Shown here piece by piece: positions 1-12,194 of a stretch of 64,000 nt of DNA (its first letter is position 1; every line of letters begins with the position of its first letter). Under the pieces are notes generated by a model, which worked only from the letters and a program-made list of their open reading frames with translations, was not told the origin of the DNA and did no database searches. The DNA is from Perkinsus olseni (lineage: Eukaryota). The stretch lies in assembly GCA_013115125.1 (NCBI GenBank), contig JABANN010000115.1:1-64000 (forward strand). Direction: 5' to 3'. The position numbers and the translations under genes are program-made.

Positions 1-1453
1 AGTTCCGTACTCGTCCAGGTGACAGTGCACGAGTCGAAAAACCGGATATGCTAAGAATTTGTGGAGGGGTGTAGTTTGCAGTAAGCGAGCTAGTTTAGCC
101 CATCTTCGAGTCAGCTTCGAGATACTAATTCCCGATCCTATTCGTCTTTTTGAAATCTGTTACCTCCTGTGGGTGCACACCATTTTGTTTTTGCCTCTAC
201 AGCTGGTCGAAAGTACCGGGCGCTAGTGGTAGATGTGATAGACGACATCTGCAACGTGCGGGTAATTCGAATCCTTCGAAGCTGTAACCATGCAGTGCAC
301 TCCTTGTACCATGTCATGGCCGACTTTGCCAGTGCACATAGAGTTCCCGTCCGTAGAAGAACTTCTTTTAACGTCGCCCGAGCTGATCGCCCTCTGGGGC
401 GACCTGGATACTGCATCAAGCTGCCCAGAGAACTTATGGACGCCCGAACCATGCCGTAGCCCCAAGGGCCTAGTAGTCGCTGAACCTGACTGTTTCATTG
501 ATGAAGGTGAGAGCTACCGAGGAGGCTACTGCTCGAAGGGTATAGTCGATGATTGCTCTCCGCGCTGACTCACGCGGGCTCCATTGGCTAATGGCCAATG
601 GCTTTTACCCCAGCACCACTCCCACCGAGCTGACTGTCCTTCAGGGTTGAAATTCTCAGCCCTCTCTCACAACTCAGGTCATCTTCCCTCGAGTCACGAT
701 ATGAAGTCTTGCACAACCTTCGTCGAGTCCACTGGCAAAACCACGTACAAGTCCGAGGCTTCCAAGCTCGAAGGGAACACGTATAGAGATGTTGACGCTA
801 GCATGAAGTCGAACATAAGACCTCAAGGAGGGTATCGTCGACCACGCTATTGTCGTAGCTTCACCTCGGAAGCAGGACGCATTCGGGCAAATCAGACTTA
901 TGGTATCACCATCTGCCACATTGGGACGGCAGTTGACGGGTTTTTCTTTCATTCAGGCTCTCTGTCAGCTGTTGCTGTCCCTGTCGACACCGCTCCGGAG
1001 CGGACTCGGTCAATCTGTCAACTTGCGATTTCGGAGAGGACGACGCATCGCTCAGCTTTGCTCGAGAGGCGAAGAGCTCAACGGAAAGCATCCAAGACGG
1101 CGATGTCACATGACGAATCGACCGACTGGGAAAGACTAAGCCAGTTTTCCGTCCGCGAAAGAGTGTCCAGTGGTGGCTGACACGCCCAGTCCCTCCGACT
1201 TCGTTGGAATCACGAGTTTGCTGCATTTTCATCCACGGGGACAGTGCTTTGAGTGATCACAACGGAACCTGCAGTCTCGGGGACACAGCTATCATGGCTT
1301 TGACGCAGAGCATCTTAGCTGTCCCGTCCCGGCTAATCTTTCGCCTTGTATCATCAGGCTGGGTTTCAGAGTATATAGGCCTTGAATAGTTCTTCTTGGG
1401 GTTTCTCGAACAGTTGTCATTGGGTTGCCGTCAGTTCCTTTTTATTCAGTACA

Positions 1454-3255
1454 ATGTTGTCGCTATCGCTTGCCCTGCTAGCATGCAGCAGCTTCACGTC
1501 GGCTGTGGAAGTCGCCTCTCAGAGCGGACCTCGGCAGCACTTCGCCACCGATGGCCAATGCACAGCAACAGCGGTTGATTGTGCAGCCACGGCCGATGGT
1601 GGCTGCATCGCTGCTAGTACGGCCGATGGCGGGCCGTTGGACTTCAGGGTGGTGTACGTGCCCCCTAAGACTTATGGCCCCGGTCAGAAGCGAGCCGTCT
1701 ACATCAACGAGATCCCTGGTGCCTTCGCCCTCGCTTACCCGAGAATTGTCGACTCCTCGAGAGCTCCTAGTTACGCTCCTGTTGGCGACCAAAAGCCCAG
1801 TGTCGCTACTGGCTACGTTGAGATGCCTGAAGGTACCACCTATGGGTACTGGGATTCTTCCTACGGTATCATGAACGGAGCCGGCGTCTCTATGGGAGAG
1901 AGTACTTGCAGCGCTCGTATGGAGTCTGTCCCTCGTGGTGACGGTCCCGACGGCAAAGGTGCGGTGTTCTGGATCGGCGAGTTGTCTGATATTGGGCTCG
2001 AGCTCTGTGATACCGCAAGGTGTGCCGTTCGGGGCGATCGACGATGGGCGATTATGCTGAGAAATACGGCTACTATGGTTCCGGTGAGGCACTTGTAGTT
2101 GCCGATGGAGAGGAGGTGTGGGTATTCCACGTCACTCCTGACGATACTGCCGAGAGTGCTGTCTGGGCAGCTCAGAGGGTTCCTAAGGGTCATGCTACCA
2201 TCGTCCCGAACACCTTCATCATCCGTGAGATCGATCCTGCAGATGGCGATAACTTCTTGTATTCGACTAATATGTATGACATCGCTCTGAGGTATGGCTG
2301 GTGGGATGGTTCTGGACTACTTGACTTCGCCTATGCTTTCGGTGCCGGCGAACAGGGCCACCCTTACGTCTCTGGCCGACGGATCTGGAGAGGCCTGTCG
2401 CTCTTCGCTCCATCTCTTAACTTGGACCCTACTCTCGGTGTTGAATGGGAGCATCCGACTTATCCGTTCTCGGTGAAACCCGATGAGCCCATCACCATCG
2501 ACTTCATGCGACGCTTGTATCGAGACCACATGGAAGGTACTCCTTATGACTTGACCGACCACGTCGTAGCCGGCGGCCCCTTCAAGACGCCGGTGAGATA
2601 TCCTGGTGGCAGAGCCGAAGAGACCTTCCAACACGGTGCTTGGGAGAGGGCCATCTCTGAGGAGCACTCTTACTACGGCTTCATCGCTGTTACATATAAG
2701 AACAAGTACAACGTGGTTTACTTCGCCCCGTCGTGTCCCCACGGCAGCCTTTTCGTGCCGATAATTGTGAAGCCGAACCAGACCGTTAAGTCCATCCCTT
2801 CTCTTGAATATGCTTGGCAAGGTGCGGTGAACGACAGCTCTCTATGGTGGGCTGCTGAGACTGTTGCTAACGTGATGGACTTGAAGTATATGTATATGAT
2901 TAACGACGTCAGGAAGGCCCAGTTCGAAATTGAGCACAAGATCGATGAAATGATGGCTACCGAATCTCCTGACGATATCGAGAAGAAGATGGCCGACTAC
3001 GACGACAGCATCCAACGTGAATGGATGAATATGCATTACACGTTACTGGGCCAATATCAAAATGGTTACACTAATTGGGGCTACTCAAAGGCTGGCTATG
3101 GGCCGTCTACTGAGTGGTTGCAGGCCGCTGGTTTCCAGGACTTCGAGGCCACACCCGAGCAGTTCGCTGCTTTGAGGAAGAGGTTCGAGGAGACTCAGAA
3201 GCAAGCTGACTCTATCCGTAACGCTGCTCTGGCAAGCGCTAAGGAGGAACTATGA
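1454..3255 (+). pseudogene. Secreted peptidase family C69 (dipeptidase/secernin-like), intronless, one frameshift at about 2033-2040
   Basis: Signal-peptide-like start MLSLSLALLACS; mature N-terminal Cys region (QCTA...DGG); motifs GIMNGAGVSMGESTC, GEALVVADGEEVW, AVWAAQRVP, YVSGRRIW, RDHMEGT, WERAIS. The protein is split between ORFs 1382-2098 and 2020-3255. Could be a true pseudogene or a sequence error. Confidence 0.8.
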
Positions 3256-3453
3256 TTTTAACCTCTTTGCTACTCTGATCTAAGCTATTCAGTGGACTCT
3301 CTCTCGCTCGAGCGGAGGAGTTCCTATTGGCGTCGATTAGGCGCATTTCTGACTTACACAGTACGCAGCGCTTAGCGTTATGCTCCCCGTTGGGAATAAT
3401 TGGGTCGTTGTGTTAGTAACTCATCGCATGCCCGGGAGCTTGGAGAACTCCCA

Positions 3454-3625
3454 ACTCGGAAAACCGTCTTAGAAAGGACACTGGTCCTGATGTGTTCACT
3501 ATCTTACTCGAAAACCGTCTTAAAAAAGAGAGGGGGCGATGAGCCTGATGAGTTCACTACCCCACTCGAAAAACCGTCTTACAAAAGAGAGGGGGCAATG
3601 GGCCTGATGAGTTCACTATTCTACT
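3454..3625. repeat. Three imperfect tandem copies of a 52-58 bp unit
   Basis: ACTCG(G/A)AAAACCGTCTTA...CCTGATG(T/A)GTTCACTA starts at 3454, 3506 and 3564. Confidence 0.9.
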
Positions 3626-3885
3626 TGGGCCGCTACCATGAACATTCGTCTTGCAAACGACACAGAGCGGTGACACAACAGCCACTTCCTCGGCACTACA
3701 ACGCAAGAGCGCACCATCTCAAATGACTTCCACCGCTTTCACGTCGATGTAAATAGTATCAGCTCGAAGTGCTCAGAAAGCTGGTATCATTCACAATAGC
3801 AAAATCTTCCAGGTATCATTATTTTCATGGGCTCGCGCCTCAAGATGTTCAATAATGACGGCAACCACTAAGACCGCCTTCTTCA

Positions 3886-4866
3886 TCACTCATCGTCATC
3901 GTCCTCGTCATCTTCGTCTTCATCCTCATCCTCGTCTGTCGGCGATTCCACTTCGTACACCCAGTACCTTATTACATGGACTAAGGCGAGAGTCATAGCG
4001 CTTCATCGGAATCTACTTACCATTGCCTGCCAGTCACTTTGACAGTCATTGTGGTATAGATAACCTCTTCCTGTGCGAAGTTGATGGTGTACACCGGAAT
4101 GCAAACACCAAAGACAATGATGGTAGGCAGGTAAAAGAACAAGAACTCAACCTTCATAACAAGGTTGTAGTTGCCTGAACATCGAAACTCCCGTCAGCGG
4201 AAAACTGGGCGGCGGCTCACCCCAGACGTTCAGCTTGACCCTCGGGTAGAACGGAATATCTTCCTGTTTAGGACCATAAGTATACCTGCGGTACCACGAA
4301 GATCAACACCATCATAGGAAGGTCGCCACAACGTACTCCATGCTCGGGAGCTCGTAGCCCTTAATCCAAGTCTGGCCCCTCTCATGAACCGTATTGGGGC
4401 CTTTGACGTATACCTGGCCCTTGCTGTCAATCGGAGGATGATAATGATAACCCAGGGCATCGGCTGAGGAATTCACACCCCAGTCAACCTCCCATTTTCG
4501 AGCCATACTTACCCTCTTTGACGGTGTATCTTTTGCTGCGGATACCGTCATCGTTAAGATGCTCCCTAAAAAGGTATTATCGGTCTAGGAAGAGAGCAAC
4601 AACGCCGGGTTACCTTCCAATGGTCTTGGACTCCTGACGATAATCGCCTTCACTCTGAGGGCAACGCCCATGGGTGTGCTGTCCGGGCTTCAGACGATCC
4701 TTGAAATCATCGTAGTAGCTCTTGAATCGCTGCGCCGTCAAGTTGTAAGCAGGAGCGGCCGAGAACCTTGTCAAAAGAAATCCTTAGGTCGACTCGAAAG
4801 ATGCCAAAGAACGGGCGAAAGATACGATCCTTACCTCTTCAACGCCCCGGCCCGTGAAAGTAGCAT
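3886..4866 (-). CDS. cox2a: Cytochrome c oxidase subunit 2a (nucleus-encoded N-terminal half of split COX2), multi-exon
   Basis: Spliced translation: MLLSRAGALKR (transit-peptide-like)...IPFYPRVKLNVWGNYNLVMKVEFLFFYLPTIIVFGVCIPVYTINFAQEEVIYTTMTVKVTGRQWYWVYEVESP, then an acidic tail and TGA at 3886-3888. TVKVTGRQWYWVYE matches the COX2 TIKxxGxQWYWxYE motif; no CuA domain follows. Confidence 0.9.
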
Positions 4867-5045
4867 AAGTTAGGTATAGTATAAATGCTACTGAAAAGGG
4901 AGCGAACGCTGTTTGGGAAGTCCTTCCGATAGGGGTTGAACGCCACCAGGCCATTTCATAACGGGGCATCTTCACGCGCACACTCGAAGAGCTCACGAGA
5001 ATCAGACGCCCATCTTGCGACCTCATATTATCTTGCGTTTCCTCA

Positions 5046-5820
5046 ATGGATCTGCGAACTCTTGAAGCGAGAGCGCTTGCTGCTCTCGAGATGGTGTGGA
5101 GGAATTCCCCAATTTCCGATGACGAAACTCTCAACGCAAGCGACTGTTGGCAATGTAGGGACGTCTTTTTTGTCTATCTCGCGGCCCTGATGATGAGCAG
5201 CCTCATCCACCGACTTTTTTCTCCTCCCAAGACTCAGTGCGAGGCCAAGGCCGAGCCCGAGGCGACGAAGGCTGGGGTCAAGGACTACTCCGAGTCTGAT
5301 ATGGGCTATGATGCTGATACTTGGTAGGGCGTACAACCGCCTCAAAGTCGGTAACAGATCCGCAGGTACCGTGTGTACGAGGCTGTTCCTAAGTCCGAAG
5401 CCGAGAAGAACTACGAGATCGTCAAAGAGTGTGGTCTTGGCGAGGTAGTCTTATCTAGTTTGTGATGGTATAAGTGGCGAGGATGGCGAGGTGTCCCCTT
5501 CAGATTTGGGGTGGCCCGGAGCCGCCAGCACCAGCCCCGCCGAAGCCCCAGCCACACACGTTTGGTTCGGACTGGGAGAGGGAAGTTGGCAAACACTACG
5601 GTAGGTCGAGGGTTGTGGACGGCTGAGGAGCACTTAGGGCTTAGGTCTTGTCCCGAGCGAGGCTGAGCCTCGAACGTCAAGCGAGATCCGGGAGGCTACG
5701 GCGGACTACGCTAAGAGAGTCCATCAGTCGGATCCTGATGATGCGTGCAAGTAAGCGGTCGACTGAGAGGTTGGGAGTGATGAGGCTCGTTAATGAGAGG
5801 TACTTGGCGATAGAGGAGTA
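5046..5820 (+). CDS. Hypothetical multi-exon protein with one hydrophobic segment (3' end approximate)
   Basis: ORF 5046-5327 containing VFFVYLAALMMSSLI, followed by further plausible GT-AG bounded exons (YRVYEAVPKSEAEKNYEIVKECGLGE). No recognised family. Confidence 0.4.
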
Positions 5821-6589
5821 TCGCTGCCTGTTGACAGCCCAGGCTGAGATCGAGACCGAGGAGGCAGCAACCAAATGCTTCAAGTGGAATGATGGTAGGG
5901 TAGTGCTGAGTTGATGGGTGCGTGATGATGATCCTTCTTCTAGAATGGCGTCGTTGTCAATGGGACCAGTATAAGTTCAATGAAGGTCTCACTTATATTG
6001 AAGGGCCACAGATCAGGAAGGCGTATCGTTTCGCCCCGAACTACAAGTAGGACATCATCAACATTCAAGAGACACTCTAACGCCAGTCCAATGGCCATTA
6101 CTCTGTCATCGTAGGTACGCGTAATAACAGGAATCGCTATTGTCGCTTGGACAGGAGGATGTGCTGGAAGTGCTTTGGACTATCGTTTCTTCGTGGCCGA
6201 GAGATGTTGGTTGAGTTGTGAAGTTGTCAAGTACCGTCGAGGCAGCGCCGCTTTACAGTATGATGTTCGAGACGGCCAGCCGTGCGCATGATCTCCGACC
6301 GAGAGATTCCGGCCAACAACAACAACAGGGATCTAACCAGCGGAGACAGGGGCAACGAGGCGGGTCGTCTAAAACCAGTAACAGTAGCAGAGGTAGTAGA
6401 TACTGGATATCCAGTTATCAATTGAACGTAGCTTGCCAAATCATACAAGCCTTTGCTTCGCCTACCGTGAGAGCATCCCGATGGTCCTGTTAGCTCTTGA
6501 TGGGGAGCAGGGGTGGGATGCCATCAGTAGGACCGTGATTGCACCTAAGTCCTGCTGAACTGCCGCTCCCTCTGTGACGTTCTGCTCCA

Positions 6590-7923
6590 ATGGATATACC
6601 CCCTGGAGCAGCGTTGATGGAGGCTCTCACAGAGGGCACACTTTTGTTAACCAAACGTAGTTAGTTAGCTGGGATTGAGCTGGGGGGATTCGACTCGCGG
6701 CGTTACGTCTTCTCTTGCAGGATCGATGGGCGTGAGTGATAGGAGAAACTGGGAGGAGCACGAGGACGGCATCATCAGGTGGGCTCTTCGAGATCGACTC
6801 GGAGCTCTCCAGTAAATGGCCTGTCTTCAGGGACATGGTCCAGAACAGCGGAACTCGCAACTGGACGTTGATTGCTGATGCCTTGGCGCAATTCAACGCG
6901 GCCGCCGGAGGCTGCTACGCTGCCAGGACGGCTAAGCAGTGCCGGGAACGCTGGCACAATCATTTGGATCCCCAAGTGGGCCACTCTGAGCGCTCTAGCT
7001 TGGCCACGAGACCGGCGGCTAGGTTAATAAGAGGCCGTGGACGAGCGAGGAGCACAGGATAATATTCGAGGCTCATAGGCGTTTCGGCAACCGTTGGGCT
7101 GAGATAGCGAAGTTGCTGCCCGGAAGGACCGACAATGCCATCAAAAATCTGTGGTGAGGCCAGTGAAGCAGGAAGAGGGGGCCATGTTGCATCCAGCGCT
7201 ATACTACTCATTTCTGATTATTCACACCTACCCGGGTATCACTCCGTGGCCCGTGACGGTTCCGACGCCAGGTACTCCACTGTTCGCAGGAATTCTCGCA
7301 AGATCTCGCGGGAGGTCGCCACCACTGAAGAAAGTGATGGTACTGTGAGAGGAGAGAGAAAGAGAAGTGGTGAGAGCTGCCAGCTCCAGGCGTCTCGAGT
7401 CGTTACCATCAGCTCGGCGACGCGGTGGCGGTCGTCGTGATGATCCGCCTCCTTCCAGCAACGCCATTGGCGTGCACGAGGACATCACTCTAGCTGGTCA
7501 AAGTAGAAGCGACTGGATTCGTTCGAGTTTTACCTCGGAATTGTGCTGCTGTAGATATGGACATGTCCCTATTCTTCAACTGGGCCTCAGCGACGACTGC
7601 TGACTTGTCCTCGTATGCTTCCCAACCTGCCGAGACCAGTATCAGCAGTGCGGAGCAATATGGTAGGGATGTTGTTCGCTGGGACCTGACACTGGGCGTA
7701 CCGCTCTCTGTTTTTTACAGTTTCCTCAGGTATGTCTCCTGCACAGCGTCTATCGTTATTAAGCATATCTGACGGGGCCGAGGAGCCGGAACCAGAAGGA
7801 ACGCCAGAGCTTAGACGGTCCGTTTTCGAGTGTCGTGCTGGCCCTGAGGTATGCAGGAGTGCGCTGGAAGGGTTGGGGAGTACTTCACTCCTGTCGCTCG
7901 GAACTTCCTGCGAAATTGCCTAG
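6590..7923 (+). CDS. R2R3 Myb-domain transcription factor (multi-exon; ends approximate)
   Basis: Spliced repeats [26 protein letters not shown]...[61 protein letters not shown] at about 6745-7153. Confidence 0.85.
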
Positions 7924-10148
7924 TGCGATGTGGCGGCCGTTTCATGCGTGCGACCGTTTCAAGATACGAGTATCTTCGCACATCTTTCCCATTACAAGTT
8001 GTGATGCATGAACTCGGTCTTTGTAGGTGGGGCTCTTTTCGACGGCATCGGAAGGCTCTGCGGGACCTCTCCTGGACCCGGGACTTGGCTGCAAAGTGGA
8101 CGGTGTGGCGTCGTATATCGACAGCATCGACGCCAGGTTCACGCAAGGGTATGGGACTGCTGATTCGCCTGCGTTGCTCTTAATAATGGGTTCCCCCCAG
8201 GCTCGGCGAGAGCGCACTCGCGGCGATGTCCGAGGCCTCAGGGGCAGCATCAGGTCCGTTGTTTGAGCTTGGCATCGGTGAGTTCAACAGAAGTGGGCTC
8301 TTTCTCGTATTCTGCTGCGTCTTATTTTTGCGTCCCTGCAGCGTCCGAAGGCATCGGCCCTCGGAGTGTGCGGAAGAGGCCGACCGAGGTGCCCACTGGT
8401 GTGGAAGAAGAACCGCCTACGAAGCGGTCGAACATTACTGGTATGTGCAGTATTGATCTCCTGCTGTTCTGAAATGACACTGTAATAGACATACTCTATT
8501 TGCATGTATACCATAGTCCTAGCCTCATCATCGTTATTATCATACCATATTTCCCACCACTTGTGGCCTGGGTACCCTTCTGCCCGCCTCAGCCATCCCC
8601 GACGCTGCGGACGACATCGTCCTCTCTGCGTGCGAAGCTCTTTCCCTGGCTGCTGGCATTCCCATGCAGCAACAGATGGATACTGCGACCCAGACTGACT
8701 GGCAGACCGGCCAGATAGGGCATGTACGTTGACGATTTCCGCTCGGGTCGCTGATTGCTCTACTCATCAGGGGTCTCTGCAGCCTGCGACCGGCCATCTG
8801 TGGTTGCCCACGCAGCAGCCGGGTTCGATGATGTATCGCGAGGTTGACATGCTGCTCATGCCGGACGACACTCCAAGTGTTGCTACATGTAGTAGGGCGA
8901 AATTGATGACAACGGCGGTTGCAACCTTGGGAGCCTTCATCCTTTGCAAGGCACGACTCAGGAAGGCTACTCACCATTTTCCACGGAGAGCATGGTCTCA
9001 CAGTTCTCTGCTGCCCTCCTTTCCGACGGACTTGCCGTGAGCAAATCGGACCAAGCGTGAGCAGCGCCTTTCTCGATATGGCTGGTCTCCCACAAGGCGC
9101 CGCCTTGAATAGCCTGCTGCTGCACAGTTTGTTAAGCGAGTACTTGTAGCTCGCTGAGCGGTATTGCCATGAGCAGCACTCGCGGGCCTTCAGGATGGTG
9201 GGGGAGGGACACTGCGGCTATTGGAAAAGTCTTCGCATAGCTTTTAGCTCGACAGAGAGTGCTCGCTCGAATTCTGCTAGCTTCGATGGATATGATACTG
9301 GACATACCCATGATACTAGCATCGCATGGAATGCGACTGCTCCGTTATCACCATGTTCGTTTAGGACGGGAGGCTTCCTCGAGAGTGGCTACCTTGGGCA
9401 CATGCAGTGTGATAATAAAGATAACGTCAATGAGGTCATCCCAGGGGGCGGCGTAGGTGGTCGGCCTTCCGTGGCGGGGATCTATTGAAATTCTGAATCG
9501 GAATGTGAAGCTGCTCGCTCTATGGTGATGAGAATCCTCCCTGAGTGTTTGTGTTAGATATCGGAAGACATCATTTGCTTTCCTTTCTCAGAACGGCAGT
9601 CAGTTCTGCCTAACGCCACTGGCAGGCGGTATCAATTCCTGTATATTTCCGTCGTGAAGCGAAGTGCCGTCCCATCCGGTGCTTCGTCCCGGCCCCCTAT
9701 GGGTTCGCCTTCTCTCGTCGTCCATGGCTCCATGTGTTAGCAGTCTCCTGTGAGTTAAGTATTCTACCATTGATATGCCCTGTTGTCGAAGTGTTTTGTC
9801 TTCGTCATTGTCATCTGTTTTATTGCACATTAGGGCTCTTGGGTAGTCCTGGTAGTCCTAGGAGAGTAGGCGAAGATGTAGATCAATATCCCTGTCATTA
9901 CTATGCTATTGTTAAGTCAGAAATTAGTAGTAATTTGCTTTACGACGAGGGAGGGGGTATACTTTTTCTGCATGCACGGTGAAGTCCGCGGCCCTCGGTC
10001 TGCGTTGCTCATCCAGAAACGCCTTGCGTTATCTCAGTGGCGGGTTGGGTGTCTTCTCCTTGAAGCAAGCGAACTCGTGATTAACGTGATCCTATCAATT
10101 CGAATGTGTGTTGTGTTCTCGGAAGCATCAATTGCTCTTCTTGCCTGA

Positions 10149-12095
10149 TGAGGCCGGAAGCCCGAGACTCGTATTCTTCACAGTGTTTTGTGATAGCCCT
10201 TTTGTGATGGTGATTCGATCGTCATCGAGGCAGGGAGCAGAGATCTCTGTGGGGACGCTTGGTTTTGATCGAGGAAGTCAGCATGCGGCTAGGCAGCAGC
10301 GTTTATGCAATTATCCCCTCCCCAGCACCCACCACGGCATCGCTGGGTACCGTACTGTATTTCCGAGATGAACAGGCTGAGGAGGAGAGGATCTCTGCAC
10401 TTAAGGCTGAGGATCCTATTGCGTGGCAGGACTGGTAGTACTGTACTTCGGTGATTCACGTCGGGGTATTTACCAAGCCTTCCTAGTAAAGTACGGGAGT
10501 GAGCGGTCTCGAATGACGACGGTGACGAGCTCGTTGGCCACGAGTCGCCTAGTAGTGCAAAGAAGGCCACAAGTCGGCCACTACTGGGCTATCGTCCTAT
10601 GTGTAACTTCGCTATCCTGCTCAGTTACGTAACTTCCCTTGCTCTACGTAAGGCATGCGAAGCGGGGTTAAAGGAGGATGTGAAGGAGATCTTAGCTGCA
10701 GCGCACTCTGGCGATTTCGTAACCACACCACGACTCGGGATGGAACCCTTCTGCTTCTTGTGGTCAGGTCCCGAGTTTGGTTCACTCAGCCTTCCTCGAC
10801 GCGTGCGTGATCAGATTGGACGCTGAGATCGCGAGAATCCTCGTGCGTCACGGCGGGCTCCGAGTCAAAGGCATTCCGGGCAACGAAAATCTGGTAGTGT
10901 CGAAAGGACCGCTAGCGCTGCTGGTGGTCAAATCCCTGGCCGTCATTCTGTCGTTCAGTCGACTATTTGGACTCGAACCAATCGGATGCGTTCTCCCCAG
11001 GTGCATCGAGTATGTGAGCGCGCGACCCCAGAGGATTTTACGAAGGCCAAGCATATGTTACAAACGCTGGTAGTGGACTTATCGATGGACATCAACGCTT
11101 ATTGCACCCTCGAGAAGCGGTAGGCTAGATGGCGATGCTGTGAGCAGACCGGGCCGGCAGCACACCTCTAGACTACGCTTTCGGGAGACCAACCCTCGGC
11201 GCTTCGCGTGATCAGCTCGAAAAGTCGCTCAACTAGTCTTAATTCTCCGCGTTGAAGCCACATGGTGATGAGCTGAGGTCTTTCTTCGTCTGGATCCGCC
11301 CCGCCAGGGGGTTATGCGTCGAATGGTCGTAAAACTTTCCACCTACCCTCTCTTTTCCTCTGCACGTCCGGTACTACAGCTCGTGAAGTAGTTCTCTTCT
11401 TAGTCCCGATATCTTCGGCTATACTGCATTGGCCCTAGCGGCACGGTGGAGGAACCCTCCCTTGGCCTTCGAGCTGCTAGCTCTAGGAGCCGACCCTAAT
11501 AAAGGGCACCGGTAAGGGAGTCGGCCTTACAGCGTGCCTTGACGTAGGGCACCTCCTTCTTTCTACGATTTTCTAATAACTGGATCGCGTTGTAGCCCGC
11601 AATGGTGTTCCTGATGCTCCGCTTCGTCGTTCGATCAGGAGAGGCTGCACCCCTCTGGGCATGCTCCAGGAAGTAGACCCCCGTGGCGAAACTGTAAGGA
11701 ATATCGTGAGATCACGTAGCCTCGCGCTTGGCACCTGAGAGCATGCCACTCTCATCGCGGTTGTAGTCCCCTGAGTAATCGACTCGCCGCGTCAGGACTA
11801 GGAGTCGGTCGTAATCCTGAGAAATCTTCTGGAAGCAAAGGGAGGGAAATTGCAGTCCAGCGTGATTGGTAAAGACACACCAGTCACCGGTAAGGAAGAG
11901 AGAGACTCGGCGGGTAGCCAGTACCGTCGTCCTGTTGGCCACTGTAGGAGGCCTATCTGTCTACAGAAGGACCTCGACACACACGTCGTACCGAGGCTAG
12001 CCGCCATGCTGACACATGTATTGTTCAACTCACCGTCGTATCACATGCTCTTGCGTGAGGGAATGAGTGGGAGATTTGCAGGTCTTGGAGGTTGA
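10149..12095 (+). CDS. Ankyrin-repeat protein (multi-exon; ends approximate)
   Basis: Exon at about 11404-11511 reads PDIFGYTALALAARWRNPPLAFELLALGADPNKG (ankyrin consensus). Other repeat-like pieces: AEIARILVRHG, MDINAY, TPLDYA. Confidence 0.55.
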
Positions 12096-12194
12096 TGACA
12101 GAATGGGAGCGACCAAGCGGGAGCACAGCAGCTCATGGACAGCTCGGGCGATTTCCTCATTCAGCAGCTCTGCTCCGTTTGCTGAACTTCCACC

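Noticed and set aside
1-1400. Overlapping ORFs at the window start
   Set aside because: Possibly the end of a gene, but no motif or consistent exon chain could be supported.
3454-3625. CRISPR-like array
   Set aside because: Eukaryotic context, the variable parts resemble each other rather than being unique spacers, and there are no cas genes.
7950-9900. Short ORFs between the Myb and ankyrin genes
   Set aside because: No recognisable domain; strand and frame cannot be decided.
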